Source of the DNA: Candidatus Woesearchaeota archaeon
GTDB lineage: Archaea > Nanobdellota > Nanobdellia > Woesearchaeales > JAGWAF01
Direction: 5' to 3'
NCBI GenBank assembly: GCA_016932755.1
Contig: JAFGCE010000085.1
Coordinates: 1-55,568 of the forward strand
DNA: 55,568 bases
The position numbers and the translations under genes were made by a program. Numbering within the stretch: the stretch's first letter is position 1; the number at the start of each line of letters is the position of its first letter. The notes below the pieces were generated by a model that ran no database searches, was not told the DNA's origin, and was given only the letters and a program-made list of their open reading frames with translations. Positions 34,544-42,751 of this stretch are shown here, one piece after another.

Positions 34544-36837
34544 TTCTCTTCATTGACTACCTCTATTTTTTTGGAAATATCATCTAACTTGCTGAACAAT
34601 TCCTTATTATCCAAGAATTTATTTTTTACTAAAAAAACTGGAAAATTTATTTCAAAATCAGAAGTTGATGAAGCATATTTTGAGAACATAAACGGGGAAA
34701 TTTCGCTAAAAAATCCTTTTGCCCCGGGCTTCCAATAAGGGTGCATGTTGAATACCTTGATTCCTGAATTTAGATAGCTCTGGAAATGTACCGTGCCTGG
34801 TTTTATCTGGAAAGGGTATGCTAATAATGAAGTATTTTCTGATTTTAAATTATGAAAAAATTCATAAGAAGCGTCCATATCCTCTTTTTTCTCTTGGGGA
34901 GAGCCAAAAATATAAGAGTAAGTCACTTTAAGATTAGAATTCCCGATAACAGGAATTATTTTCTTTATATGATCAATATACTCTTGTGGATTTTGGCTTT
35001 TATTGAAAAATTTTATGATGCTTGGGAATACGGATTCAATGCCTATAAAGAATTCGAGATTCTTGTTTTCTAATTTTTTAATTAGCTCTTTTGAAAAACT
35101 ATCAATCCTTGTCTGCAGACTGAATCTCATATCAAATTTGCCGAATAAGTTCAGCAAATTTTTCCCTCTTTCGCAACTAGGGTTAAATGACGAATCCTTA
35201 ATTTGTATTGCATTAATGTCATAAAGCTTGGATAATCTTGCCAGCTGGTTTTTAACATAATCCTCACTAAAGACGGTGCGGGGAGAGCAGGAATTATGCA
35301 TACAGAAACTGCATTTATTGGTGCATCCGACCGAAGTAAAGATTTCCGCCCTCTTGCCATAACTCTTGATGTTAAAACCCTCAAAGTCGTCATAGTCAAA
35401 AACAACCGGATTTTCCTCAGACGGTCTTCCGTAATTTATTTTGCGTGCATCTGTATTTTTTTTTAGGTAAATCTTTTCAATTAATTCAAGAACTTCCTTC
35501 CTTCCTGTGGCTATGTAGCTCTCATCCCCCTTGCAATTTCTGATTATGCAAGACAGAATTTTTGGCTCCAAAAAAAAGGAGTAAAAAATTATTTTCGTAT
35601 TTGAATCCTTCTTTAGCCTCTCTATTAGCTCAAGTGAGAATAGTATGTCTGATCTGGGTGTGGCAGAAAACACTAGTATTTTGGGGCTCATGCCAAGCAC
35701 TTTATTTTTTATTGAATCAATTGCTTTCTCTCTTTTTTCCCTTATCTCTTCCTCTTTTTTGGAGTCATAAAGCCCCCTTATGCAGGAAGAGAAATCAAGC
35801 CCTGTGCACCTGTCCTTGAATTTTTGTTTTGCTTCTTTCAGGAGCATAGCAAAATGAGGGAAGGGAGGTCTTCCGCTCGCATTTCTTTCTAGCACAGGTA
35901 TCCAAATGAATAGCGTGTCTTGGTGATTTTTTTTGGGCAATGTGGGGTAGTACTTAAGGTATTCTTTCCAATATCCCTCGCATTTATCGGAATACGCACA
36001 TTTTTCGCATTTGTAAATTTTTGTCCTTGCTATACTCTTCCTGTTTTTTTCAACTGATTTATTTATGAAGTCAGGAGCTATATGCTCGGTATGGAATGTT
36101 TGTGTTTCGTGTAGCTCGCTGATTTGGCTGTGGTACTCTTCATTTACATAGCATAAAGGGTAATACCTAACATGCCAGTGTCTTGCTTTTATTTCTCTTC
36201 CAAATTTTAAAAGATTGTTTACATAAGGCGAAACCTGCTCATAAGTGGGGACAACTTCCAAGAAATTATTCTTTGTAGCGCCATGGGTGGGATCCACGAA
36301 TATAAATTCAGAGTTCCGTATCCCCATACCAAAAATTAATTTGCCTATCTCCAGAAGATTTTTATAATTTTGTTTAACAATTGTTGTATTAGAGCCAATA
36401 TTTTTGAATCCAATCTCCTGCAGGTTTTTTATGCCTTCTCTTAGCTGTTCAAAACTTCCGGGAACTTGTGTTAATTTGTCATGGAGCTCTGCATTATGCC
36501 CGTGTATTGAAAAGACGATATGGCTGAGCCCGCATTCGATAATTTTTCTTGCAAAATCCTTTTTTGAGAACATTCTGCCGTTAGTGGCAATCATTATTGT
36601 CCGGAAATCAAGTTTTTTTGCAAATGCAATAATCCCTAAAATATCCTTCCTTATTGTAGGTTCTCCCCCGATAAATTCTATGTAATCTGCCCCGCTTTTT
36701 TTTGCATTAATAATATCCTTCTTCACTTCCTCGGTCGTTTTATCTTTTATCTTCTGTCTTTTGTTTTCATTGCAGCAGAAAATACATTTGTTGTTGCATG
36801 AATACCCCATAAGTATTACTGTTTTCTTAATTTTCAT
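34540..36837 (-). CDS. dual radical SAM protein (HxsC-like-type module + class-B-like second radical SAM domain)
   Basis: CNNKCIFC at 36775-36798 with a module-ending CEKCAYSDKCEGYWKEY. Second core VGCTNKCSFC at 35302-35325, preceded by a Rossmann-like segment. ATG at 36837 preferred over the TTG at 36858. Confidence 0.8.
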   Translation of the reverse strand: MKIKKTVILMGYSCNNKCIFCCNENKRQKIKDKTTEEVKKDIINAKKSGADYIEFIGGEPTIRKDILGIIAFAKKLDFRTIMIATNGRMFSKKDFARKIIECGLSHIVFSIHGHNAELHDKLTQVPGSFEQLREGIKNLQEIGFKNIGSNTTIVKQNYKNLLEIGKLIFGMGIRNSEFIFVDPTHGATKNNFLEVVPTYEQVSPYVNNLLKFGREIKARHWHVRYYPLCYVNEEYHSQISELHETQTFHTEHIAPDFINKSVEKNRKSIARTKIYKCEKCAYSDKCEGYWKEYLKYYPTLPKKNHQDTLFIWIPVLERNASGRPPFPHFAMLLKEAKQKFKDRCTGLDFSSCIRGLYDSKKEEEIREKREKAIDSIKNKVLGMSPKILVFSATPRSDILFSLELIERLKKDSNTKIIFYSFFLEPKILSCIIRNCKGDESYIATGRKEVLELIEKIYLKKNTDARKINYGRPSEENPVVFDYDDFEGFNIKSYGKRAEIFTSVGCTNKCSFCMHNSCSPRTVFSEDYVKNQLARLSKLYDINAIQIKDSSFNPSCERGKNLLNLFGKFDMRFSLQTRIDSFSKELIKKLENKNLEFFIGIESVFPSIIKFFNKSQNPQEYIDHIKKIIPVIGNSNLKVTYSYIFGSPQEKKEDMDASYEFFHNLKSENTSLLAYPFQIKPGTVHFQSYLNSGIKVFNMHPYWKPGAKGFFSEISPFMFSKYASSTSDFEINFPVFLVKNKFLDNKELFSKLDDISKKIEVVNEEN

Positions 36838-37747
36838 TTTTATCTTTCCCGAATTCAATCAAGATGCCCGAAAATTTATCCCTTTTTTCAATAATGTCTT
36901 GGCTTGCATTTGGGATACTTATTGAATCTTTGCTTAAGGTTAATTTTTTGGTTATAAGGAGGGTTTTTCTAAATTTTTCGGAGGGCATATTCAAATTTTT
37001 TCCAGTGCCATTCCCCCCAAACTGGAGACACTTGCTAAATTTGACAGTTCCTGCCGAGAAATAGTTGTTGAATGTTATCTGGAACCTTGTGTCGTGAAAC
37101 AGCCGTATTCCATGCGAGCAGTCAAACCAAAGCAGGATTGGCTTGGACAGCCATCCTGAAATTTTATCTGCAAATGGCTGATTTATTTTTTCAATAAATG
37201 CCAGGATTTCCTTGTTGTATTTGATAGTTTTTTCGCAGCCGAAACTGCATGGCTGGTGAAAGCTCAATGAGAGGTTATGGGGATACAAAAGCCAGTTGCA
37301 GTAGCAGGACTTAATTCCTTTGAGTTTTTTTAGTAAATGTTCGTGCGCTTCCTCCTTATTTTTTTTGATTAGACTGGCTTGGTCATTTATGCAGCAGAGA
37401 GGATAGCCAAGAGCTTTTGCAAAGTCGAGCATTTCTTTTTCTGTTTGCTTTTCGTATTTGTTTTCAGGGTCATTCAGGGAGTAGTATTCTGCCAGTTCCT
37501 TGTCTTTGGAAATATATGCTGGAAGCAACAAGCCTCTTCCCTTTCCAAAAGAAACATGTACATCAAAAAGTTTGAAAATCTTGGCAAACTTTTCTTTATT
37601 TTCTTTGTGCACATGCATCTTAGCCAAGTTTTTGATTCCGCTTATTACAGCATAACTATTTGCGCTTATTGGGAAAAAAGATATGACTTTGTCATGTATC
37701 TTCTTGTATTTCTTTAGTTGCTGCTCGCTGCATCTTGTCTTGTCCAT
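36827..37747 (-). CDS. hypothetical Cys-motif protein (GYPLCC ... HQPCSFGCE)
   Basis: 306-aa ORF embedded in the coupled operon. Conserved-looking Cys/His motifs; no family named. Confidence 0.6.
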   Translation of the reverse strand: MDKTRCSEQQLKKYKKIHDKVISFFPISANSYAVISGIKNLAKMHVHKENKEKFAKIFKLFDVHVSFGKGRGLLLPAYISKDKELAEYYSLNDPENKYEKQTEKEMLDFAKALGYPLCCINDQASLIKKNKEEAHEHLLKKLKGIKSCYCNWLLYPHNLSLSFHQPCSFGCEKTIKYNKEILAFIEKINQPFADKISGWLSKPILLWFDCSHGIRLFHDTRFQITFNNYFSAGTVKFSKCLQFGGNGTGKNLNMPSEKFRKTLLITKKLTLSKDSISIPNASQDIIEKRDKFSGILIEFGKDKNEN

Positions 37748-37750
37748 TTT

Positions 37751-38620
37751 TTATTTTCCCGTGTCTTTCACTGGCATGAACTCATTTTCGCCAAAAAAAT
37801 CTAGATAGCTTTTCCATATTCCAGAGCATTCGCTCTTTTTTTGACACAAACTGCACTTTTCAGCAAAAACAACTGATGAAGAGTCCGCAGTGACCCCTTT
37901 TGAATACTCCCACAGCCCTTTTGGCAGGGTGCAGTGGGGGAAATGGAACAGCCATACTTTATATCCTTTTGAAATCAATTTTTTTATTGGAGCCTCGAGA
38001 ACTTCAGATAGCTTAGTTATCCTCTCAGCTACAAATTTGGCATTCTTGCCGGCAGTTCCTGTCAATTTCGGGTTCATAATAACTATTGAATTAAAGTTGC
38101 GGCTTTCAAAGTTATCAATTATAAAATCTGCAATTTCGTTGAAATGCGCGTAATTCATCTTGTGGAGCAGAATCCTTAGCTCAATCTTCACATTGTTTTT
38201 GGCAAGATTTTTTATTCCCGCTATCTTGTACTTGAAACTTGCAGGGTTTCTTGCTATTGAGTTTTGTATTTTAGGATTATGCCCGTATAAAGTCGTGATT
38301 ATCTTTAGGTTTTTTATCTTTGAGATTCTTTCAGTGAATTTGTTATAATAAAATGACTGGGCGTTTGTCAGAATCCCAATCTCATGCGGGTTCTTTTTTT
38401 CAATATACTTTAAAATTTCCAGCAAATCCTTCCTTAAAGTAGGCTCCCCTCCATTTATCTCTATATGGCTGTGAGACTTCAAAATTTCATCAGCCTCCTT
38501 TTTGATATCTTCAAGAGAGGGGTTTTCCATTCCGTATCTTCTTGAGACAGGGCAGGATATGCAGTTGTCATTGCAATTGTATACCACAGGCACAAATGTT
38601 TTATTCTTTATTTTGTTCAT
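37751..38620 (-). CDS. radical SAM protein (single module of the locus-specific paralog family)
   Basis: CNDNCISC at 38552-38575, GGEPTLRKDL, C-terminal CSLCQKKSECSGIWKSY. Confidence 0.8.
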   Translation of the reverse strand: MNKIKNKTFVPVVYNCNDNCISCPVSRRYGMENPSLEDIKKEADEILKSHSHIEINGGEPTLRKDLLEILKYIEKKNPHEIGILTNAQSFYYNKFTERISKIKNLKIITTLYGHNPKIQNSIARNPASFKYKIAGIKNLAKNNVKIELRILLHKMNYAHFNEIADFIIDNFESRNFNSIVIMNPKLTGTAGKNAKFVAERITKLSEVLEAPIKKLISKGYKVWLFHFPHCTLPKGLWEYSKGVTADSSSVVFAEKCSLCQKKSECSGIWKSYLDFFGENEFMPVKDTGK

Positions 38621-40823
38621 TCTTTATTTCTCCGCAAACACTTTTTAAAAAACATAGACTGCACAATCTATTTTTTTCATCTAGGAAACAGTCTTGGTTT
38701 CCGAGATTATTAAATTCTCCTAAAAAGTTGATATACTCAGCGAGAGAAGGGGCATAGCTTTCATAATCTTCAAAATACTCGGGCTCAAAGAACTCAAAAT
38801 GAAGGGGCACTTTTTTATCTTCAGCAAAGGAAATTATGCCTGGCAGGTATTTCTTAAATGAGGACGGCGAAAAACAGAGCTTTTTTGCATTTAAAACGCC
38901 TCTTCCTTTTGGGGCAAATTTCTGGATATTGAACTTATTGACCCCGATTTCATGAAATTCCTTTATAACAGGCAAGATGTCATTCAGGTTGTCCTTAATA
39001 CAGACATAATTTATCCTGACATTAACCCATTCTCTGACAAGATTTATTATGCCTCTTCTTGTTTCTTTGTACGCCCCTTTTACCTGTGTTATTCTGTCGT
39101 GGGTCTGCTCGCTTCCATGAACAGCGACTATTGCACTATTTAATCCGCTCTTGGCTGTGGCTCTAGCGAATTCTTTATTGGAAAATCTCCTGCCGTTTGT
39201 TACAACTCCAATTCTCTGTATTTTCCTGTCAGCGAAAAATCTGATTAGCTTTAGCAGGCTCTTTGCGTATATTGTCGGCTCACCGCCTGTAAAAAATATT
39301 TCTTCGGGCTTCTTTTCCAGTATTTTTTTAACCTGGAACAAAACTTCTTCTTCATTTTTTTTGGCTTTGCTATCCCTATTATTGTCCCAGCAAAAAATGC
39401 AGTTGTTGTTGCAGCTATGCCCGAGGATTATATTTATTGATTTTGGCATGTGTTTTTGTTTCTTTAGCTGCAGGTATCTTTTAATAATAACTGATAAATC
39501 AAAGAAAAATAACGAATAAAGAAACCTTTCTTGAGCTTTTTCAGGAAGGAAAAACATTCTGTTTTTTTCTATCCTTGCCATATTTATCCCTTCCAGTTCT
39601 TTCACTTCTTTCCTGAAATCCTGGAGAAACTCAGATTTGAACAGCGATTTGTACTCAGGAAACCTTATGTATTGCCGGCATGCCAATTCGCATAAGAGGT
39701 AATACCTCTTTTGGCTTTTCTCATCAAGTATAACCCCCTCCGCAGACAGTTCATTAGTTCTGTACCTAACCTTATTAAATATATAAGAGCAGGAATATCT
39801 CCCGATGCCGAAACAGCTGCTTTCCATTCTATTGTCAAAAGAATACTCAAAGTCAAACGAATGCCTTTTTTTTGACAGCAAAAACCATGGAGAGGCTGTC
39901 CTTATGTTGTCCAACAAGGGTCTGTGTAATTCATAATCCTTAACTTTCTCTTTAATGAGCCGGGATAATATTTTGATTTTTTTATTAAGCTGGTTGTAAT
40001 AAAATTTAACATCACCCTTAAAATTATTATCAAGGTATTGATTTGTCGGCTGGAGGGGGTAAAGGGAGATTGAAGACGGGTTAAGTTCGACAAGTTTCTT
40101 TAGGCTTTCAAAAACAGTATTGGCTGAATCCTTTTTAAGACCGACGATTAAATCCAGGCCAACATGCTTTATTCCATACTCCTTCACAAGCCTAACCATC
40201 TTTTTTATTTTTTCATAATCTTGATAAGACCTGTTTTCGGATTCAAGAACCTCTTTATCGAGTGACTGAACCCCCAATGATATAGAGTTAATGCCGTATT
40301 TTTCCAATATCCTCAATTTTTCCTGGTTCAGGCTGTCGGGATTGCTTTCAAATGTTTTTTTCCCTTTCTTTTCAAATTCAAAATTGGCGAATAGGTTTTT
40401 CAGGAGCACATCAATCTGCTTTTCAGATAATATGCTGGGGGTTCCTCCGCCTATATAGAGGCTTTTGAACTTTATGCCTTTGAATACGCTGCTGAAGCAT
40501 TTCATTTGACCAACCAAACCCGAAACATATTCATTTATCTCGTTTTCAGAAGAAACCTTTTTTGAGATGTACATGCAGTATTTGCATTTGCTCCTGCAGA
40601 ACGGAATATGGAGGTAGAATTGAAGGCTATCCCTGGATTTCCCAGATTTTATTTCTGCTGCTCTTTCGCTCCATAACCCTTTTATTTCATGCAAACTAAA
40701 ATTTTTCTTTGGCATGACCAAATCCAGGATATCAGGCAGCAAAAAATTATTTTTGTATCCACTTTTTTTAAGCAAATCAGCAACTTCCCCAAAAAATTTT
40801 ATTTTTTGATGTGCAAACTTCAT
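38601..40823 (-). CDS. fusion of a HemN/HemW-like radical SAM domain and a second radical SAM module
   Basis: N-terminal LHIPFCRSKCKYC (40575-40598), YIGGGTPS, ISLGVQS (HemN-like). C-terminal CNNNCIFC (39390-39413), GGEPTIY, ending CSLCFLKSVCG. Confidence 0.8.
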   Translation of the reverse strand: MKFAHQKIKFFGEVADLLKKSGYKNNFLLPDILDLVMPKKNFSLHEIKGLWSERAAEIKSGKSRDSLQFYLHIPFCRSKCKYCMYISKKVSSENEINEYVSGLVGQMKCFSSVFKGIKFKSLYIGGGTPSILSEKQIDVLLKNLFANFEFEKKGKKTFESNPDSLNQEKLRILEKYGINSISLGVQSLDKEVLESENRSYQDYEKIKKMVRLVKEYGIKHVGLDLIVGLKKDSANTVFESLKKLVELNPSSISLYPLQPTNQYLDNNFKGDVKFYYNQLNKKIKILSRLIKEKVKDYELHRPLLDNIRTASPWFLLSKKRHSFDFEYSFDNRMESSCFGIGRYSCSYIFNKVRYRTNELSAEGVILDEKSQKRYYLLCELACRQYIRFPEYKSLFKSEFLQDFRKEVKELEGINMARIEKNRMFFLPEKAQERFLYSLFFFDLSVIIKRYLQLKKQKHMPKSINIILGHSCNNNCIFCWDNNRDSKAKKNEEEVLFQVKKILEKKPEEIFFTGGEPTIYAKSLLKLIRFFADRKIQRIGVVTNGRRFSNKEFARATAKSGLNSAIVAVHGSEQTHDRITQVKGAYKETRRGIINLVREWVNVRINYVCIKDNLNDILPVIKEFHEIGVNKFNIQKFAPKGRGVLNAKKLCFSPSSFKKYLPGIISFAEDKKVPLHFEFFEPEYFEDYESYAPSLAEYINFLGEFNNLGNQDCFLDEKNRLCSLCFLKSVCGEIKNEQNKE

Positions 40824-42751
40824 TTTTTGTAGATTTTTCCGTTTGTTACTTCAAGATAATCCCCTGTTTTTATTAGGTCTGTACAGCCGTCTACTCCAAC
40901 TAAGCAAGGAATTTCCAGCTCCCTGCACACTATTGCAGCGTGAGATATCAAACCGCCTCTTTCTGTGATTACACCCCTGCAGACAGCCATGGCAGTAACA
41001 AGGGAGGGAGAGGTTTCTTCAGCTACAAGAATATCCCCGGGATTTACCTCTTCCTTGCGCCCAACAAAATCAATGATTTTTGCTTTTCCCTCAAAGTTTC
41101 CAGGTGAAGCTATTTTTCCATTCAGAGGAAATCTTCTTTTTTTTCCTGTAGGGACCTCTTTCTTTGCTTCCCTGATTTTTTCTGCCTCTCTGATTATCTG
41201 GGGGATGGTTTTTTCTAGTATAACTCTGAATGGGAGTTTACATAGGGGATTAATGTCGCTTTTTGTTTCCATGTAAAACAATCTTGCATAGTTATGTGAT
41301 ACTACCTCAATAAAATAATTGTTTGCGTCATGCAGCCACAGCAGTTTTTGCAGGTTGTTGACAACAGGAACGTTGGATTCTAATTTTTGCCCGCTTTTTT
41401 TTTGCAATTTCATCCTTAATTCCATAGCGGATTTGCCAGGCATTTTTTTTATCAACCCGGGCTGCGAAAGTATATTAGAGTATAATGCTTTTCCGCTTTT
41501 GAAAATAGAAAGAAGATTCATGCTGGTAAGAGTCAATTTATCAGGCCTAAAAATATCCGGTCTGCTCTCCTCATTTATTTTGAGTTTTTCCTGCAAATAT
41601 TCCTTGAGTGCAAAAATCAGGAACCTGTTGATTAGGTAGTCAATAAAAAACAAAGTTATCTGGAACCTCTTGAATTTGATGATATAGTCTTTCGCACTTT
41701 TCTCCTTTTCCAGCGAGGTTTGGGCTTGCTTTTCCTGAAACTTAAGAATTTTTTCAATAAACTTGTCTATTATCTTTTTATCTAATATTTTTATATAAGT
41801 TTCCTCTATAATTTTAGAATACGAGCCGTAATCTATGAGTATATCAGAGGACTTTTTTTCCATGCTCTGTATTCTTGTCCTGAAACCCAGCTTTTCCAGC
41901 AATAAGTTAAGGTTGCTTAAGGATACATCTTCAACATGCAGCCCATGTTTTTCTGCACTTCGGAATATAAAATGCTCTCTTACCCTTAGCGGTGCAGTAA
42001 TCTTCCTCATCTGGGTTATCCATACTTTTCCGTTTCTGACAACAAATTCAAGGTCAGCATTTTCCCAACCAAACTCATTTATTTCCTTGGGCAGGTTTTT
42101 GAAGCTGTTTATGAATCCATAATTTTTAACTTTCTTGTCGTTCAAAAGCAAAAATCCATTTTTTAGCGCAAAAATTTTAGGATTTATCCTGCCGAGCTCC
42201 ACATCAGATGAAGAGCCTTCAGCAAATTCAACAAAAAGAGAGCTGTCTTTTTTATTGTAAAATGCAACGCCTCCCAAATCAGGTTCTATGTATTCCTGGA
42301 TTATTACCCCCATTCCTGTTTTCTGCTTGATTCCCTTTGTTCTAATGTATTCTGCAGCCCTGGGGTTAAACTGGCTGTGCCATACTTTCTTGATATTTTC
42401 CGGTATATGTTTTGCAGGGCACTTAATTGAGTCAAACAATCCTGCAAAACTGTGCTTTTCAGTATCCTCAAAAAAATATGAAGACCGCAGAATCGGATTT
42501 TTTATGTTAAGATTGATTAACCCCTTGTTTATCTCGCTTAATAGATTGTCGTCAAACATGTTTTCAAATATAATTTTCTTCATCTGGTTTTTGTCTAGGT
42601 TACTAAAATCCGGTTTTTTCAAATGATCAAAAAATACAGAACTGTCTAAAACAAGGAAATTCGGGCAAAGGTTTTTTTTGTCTAATCTTATTAGATTTTC
42701 AGCCTTCGCCCCGATTCCTGTTTTTTTATTCTTGATTATTATGCTGTGCAT
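40820..42751 (-). CDS. PEP-utilising enzyme family phosphotransferase (N-terminal PPDK-type ATP-grasp, C-terminal swivel-His domain)
   Basis: N-terminal GIGAKAENLIRL...FLVLDSSVF. C-terminal PGDILVAEETSPSLV...ERGGLISHAAIVCRELEIPCLVG. ATGA overlap with the downstream gene. Confidence 0.8.
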   Translation of the reverse strand: MHSIIIKNKKTGIGAKAENLIRLDKKNLCPNFLVLDSSVFFDHLKKPDFSNLDKNQMKKIIFENMFDDNLLSEINKGLINLNIKNPILRSSYFFEDTEKHSFAGLFDSIKCPAKHIPENIKKVWHSQFNPRAAEYIRTKGIKQKTGMGVIIQEYIEPDLGGVAFYNKKDSSLFVEFAEGSSSDVELGRINPKIFALKNGFLLLNDKKVKNYGFINSFKNLPKEINEFGWENADLEFVVRNGKVWITQMRKITAPLRVREHFIFRSAEKHGLHVEDVSLSNLNLLLEKLGFRTRIQSMEKKSSDILIDYGSYSKIIEETYIKILDKKIIDKFIEKILKFQEKQAQTSLEKEKSAKDYIIKFKRFQITLFFIDYLINRFLIFALKEYLQEKLKINEESRPDIFRPDKLTLTSMNLLSIFKSGKALYSNILSQPGLIKKMPGKSAMELRMKLQKKSGQKLESNVPVVNNLQKLLWLHDANNYFIEVVSHNYARLFYMETKSDINPLCKLPFRVILEKTIPQIIREAEKIREAKKEVPTGKKRRFPLNGKIASPGNFEGKAKIIDFVGRKEEVNPGDILVAEETSPSLVTAMAVCRGVITERGGLISHAAIVCRELEIPCLVGVDGCTDLIKTGDYLEVTNGKIYKK

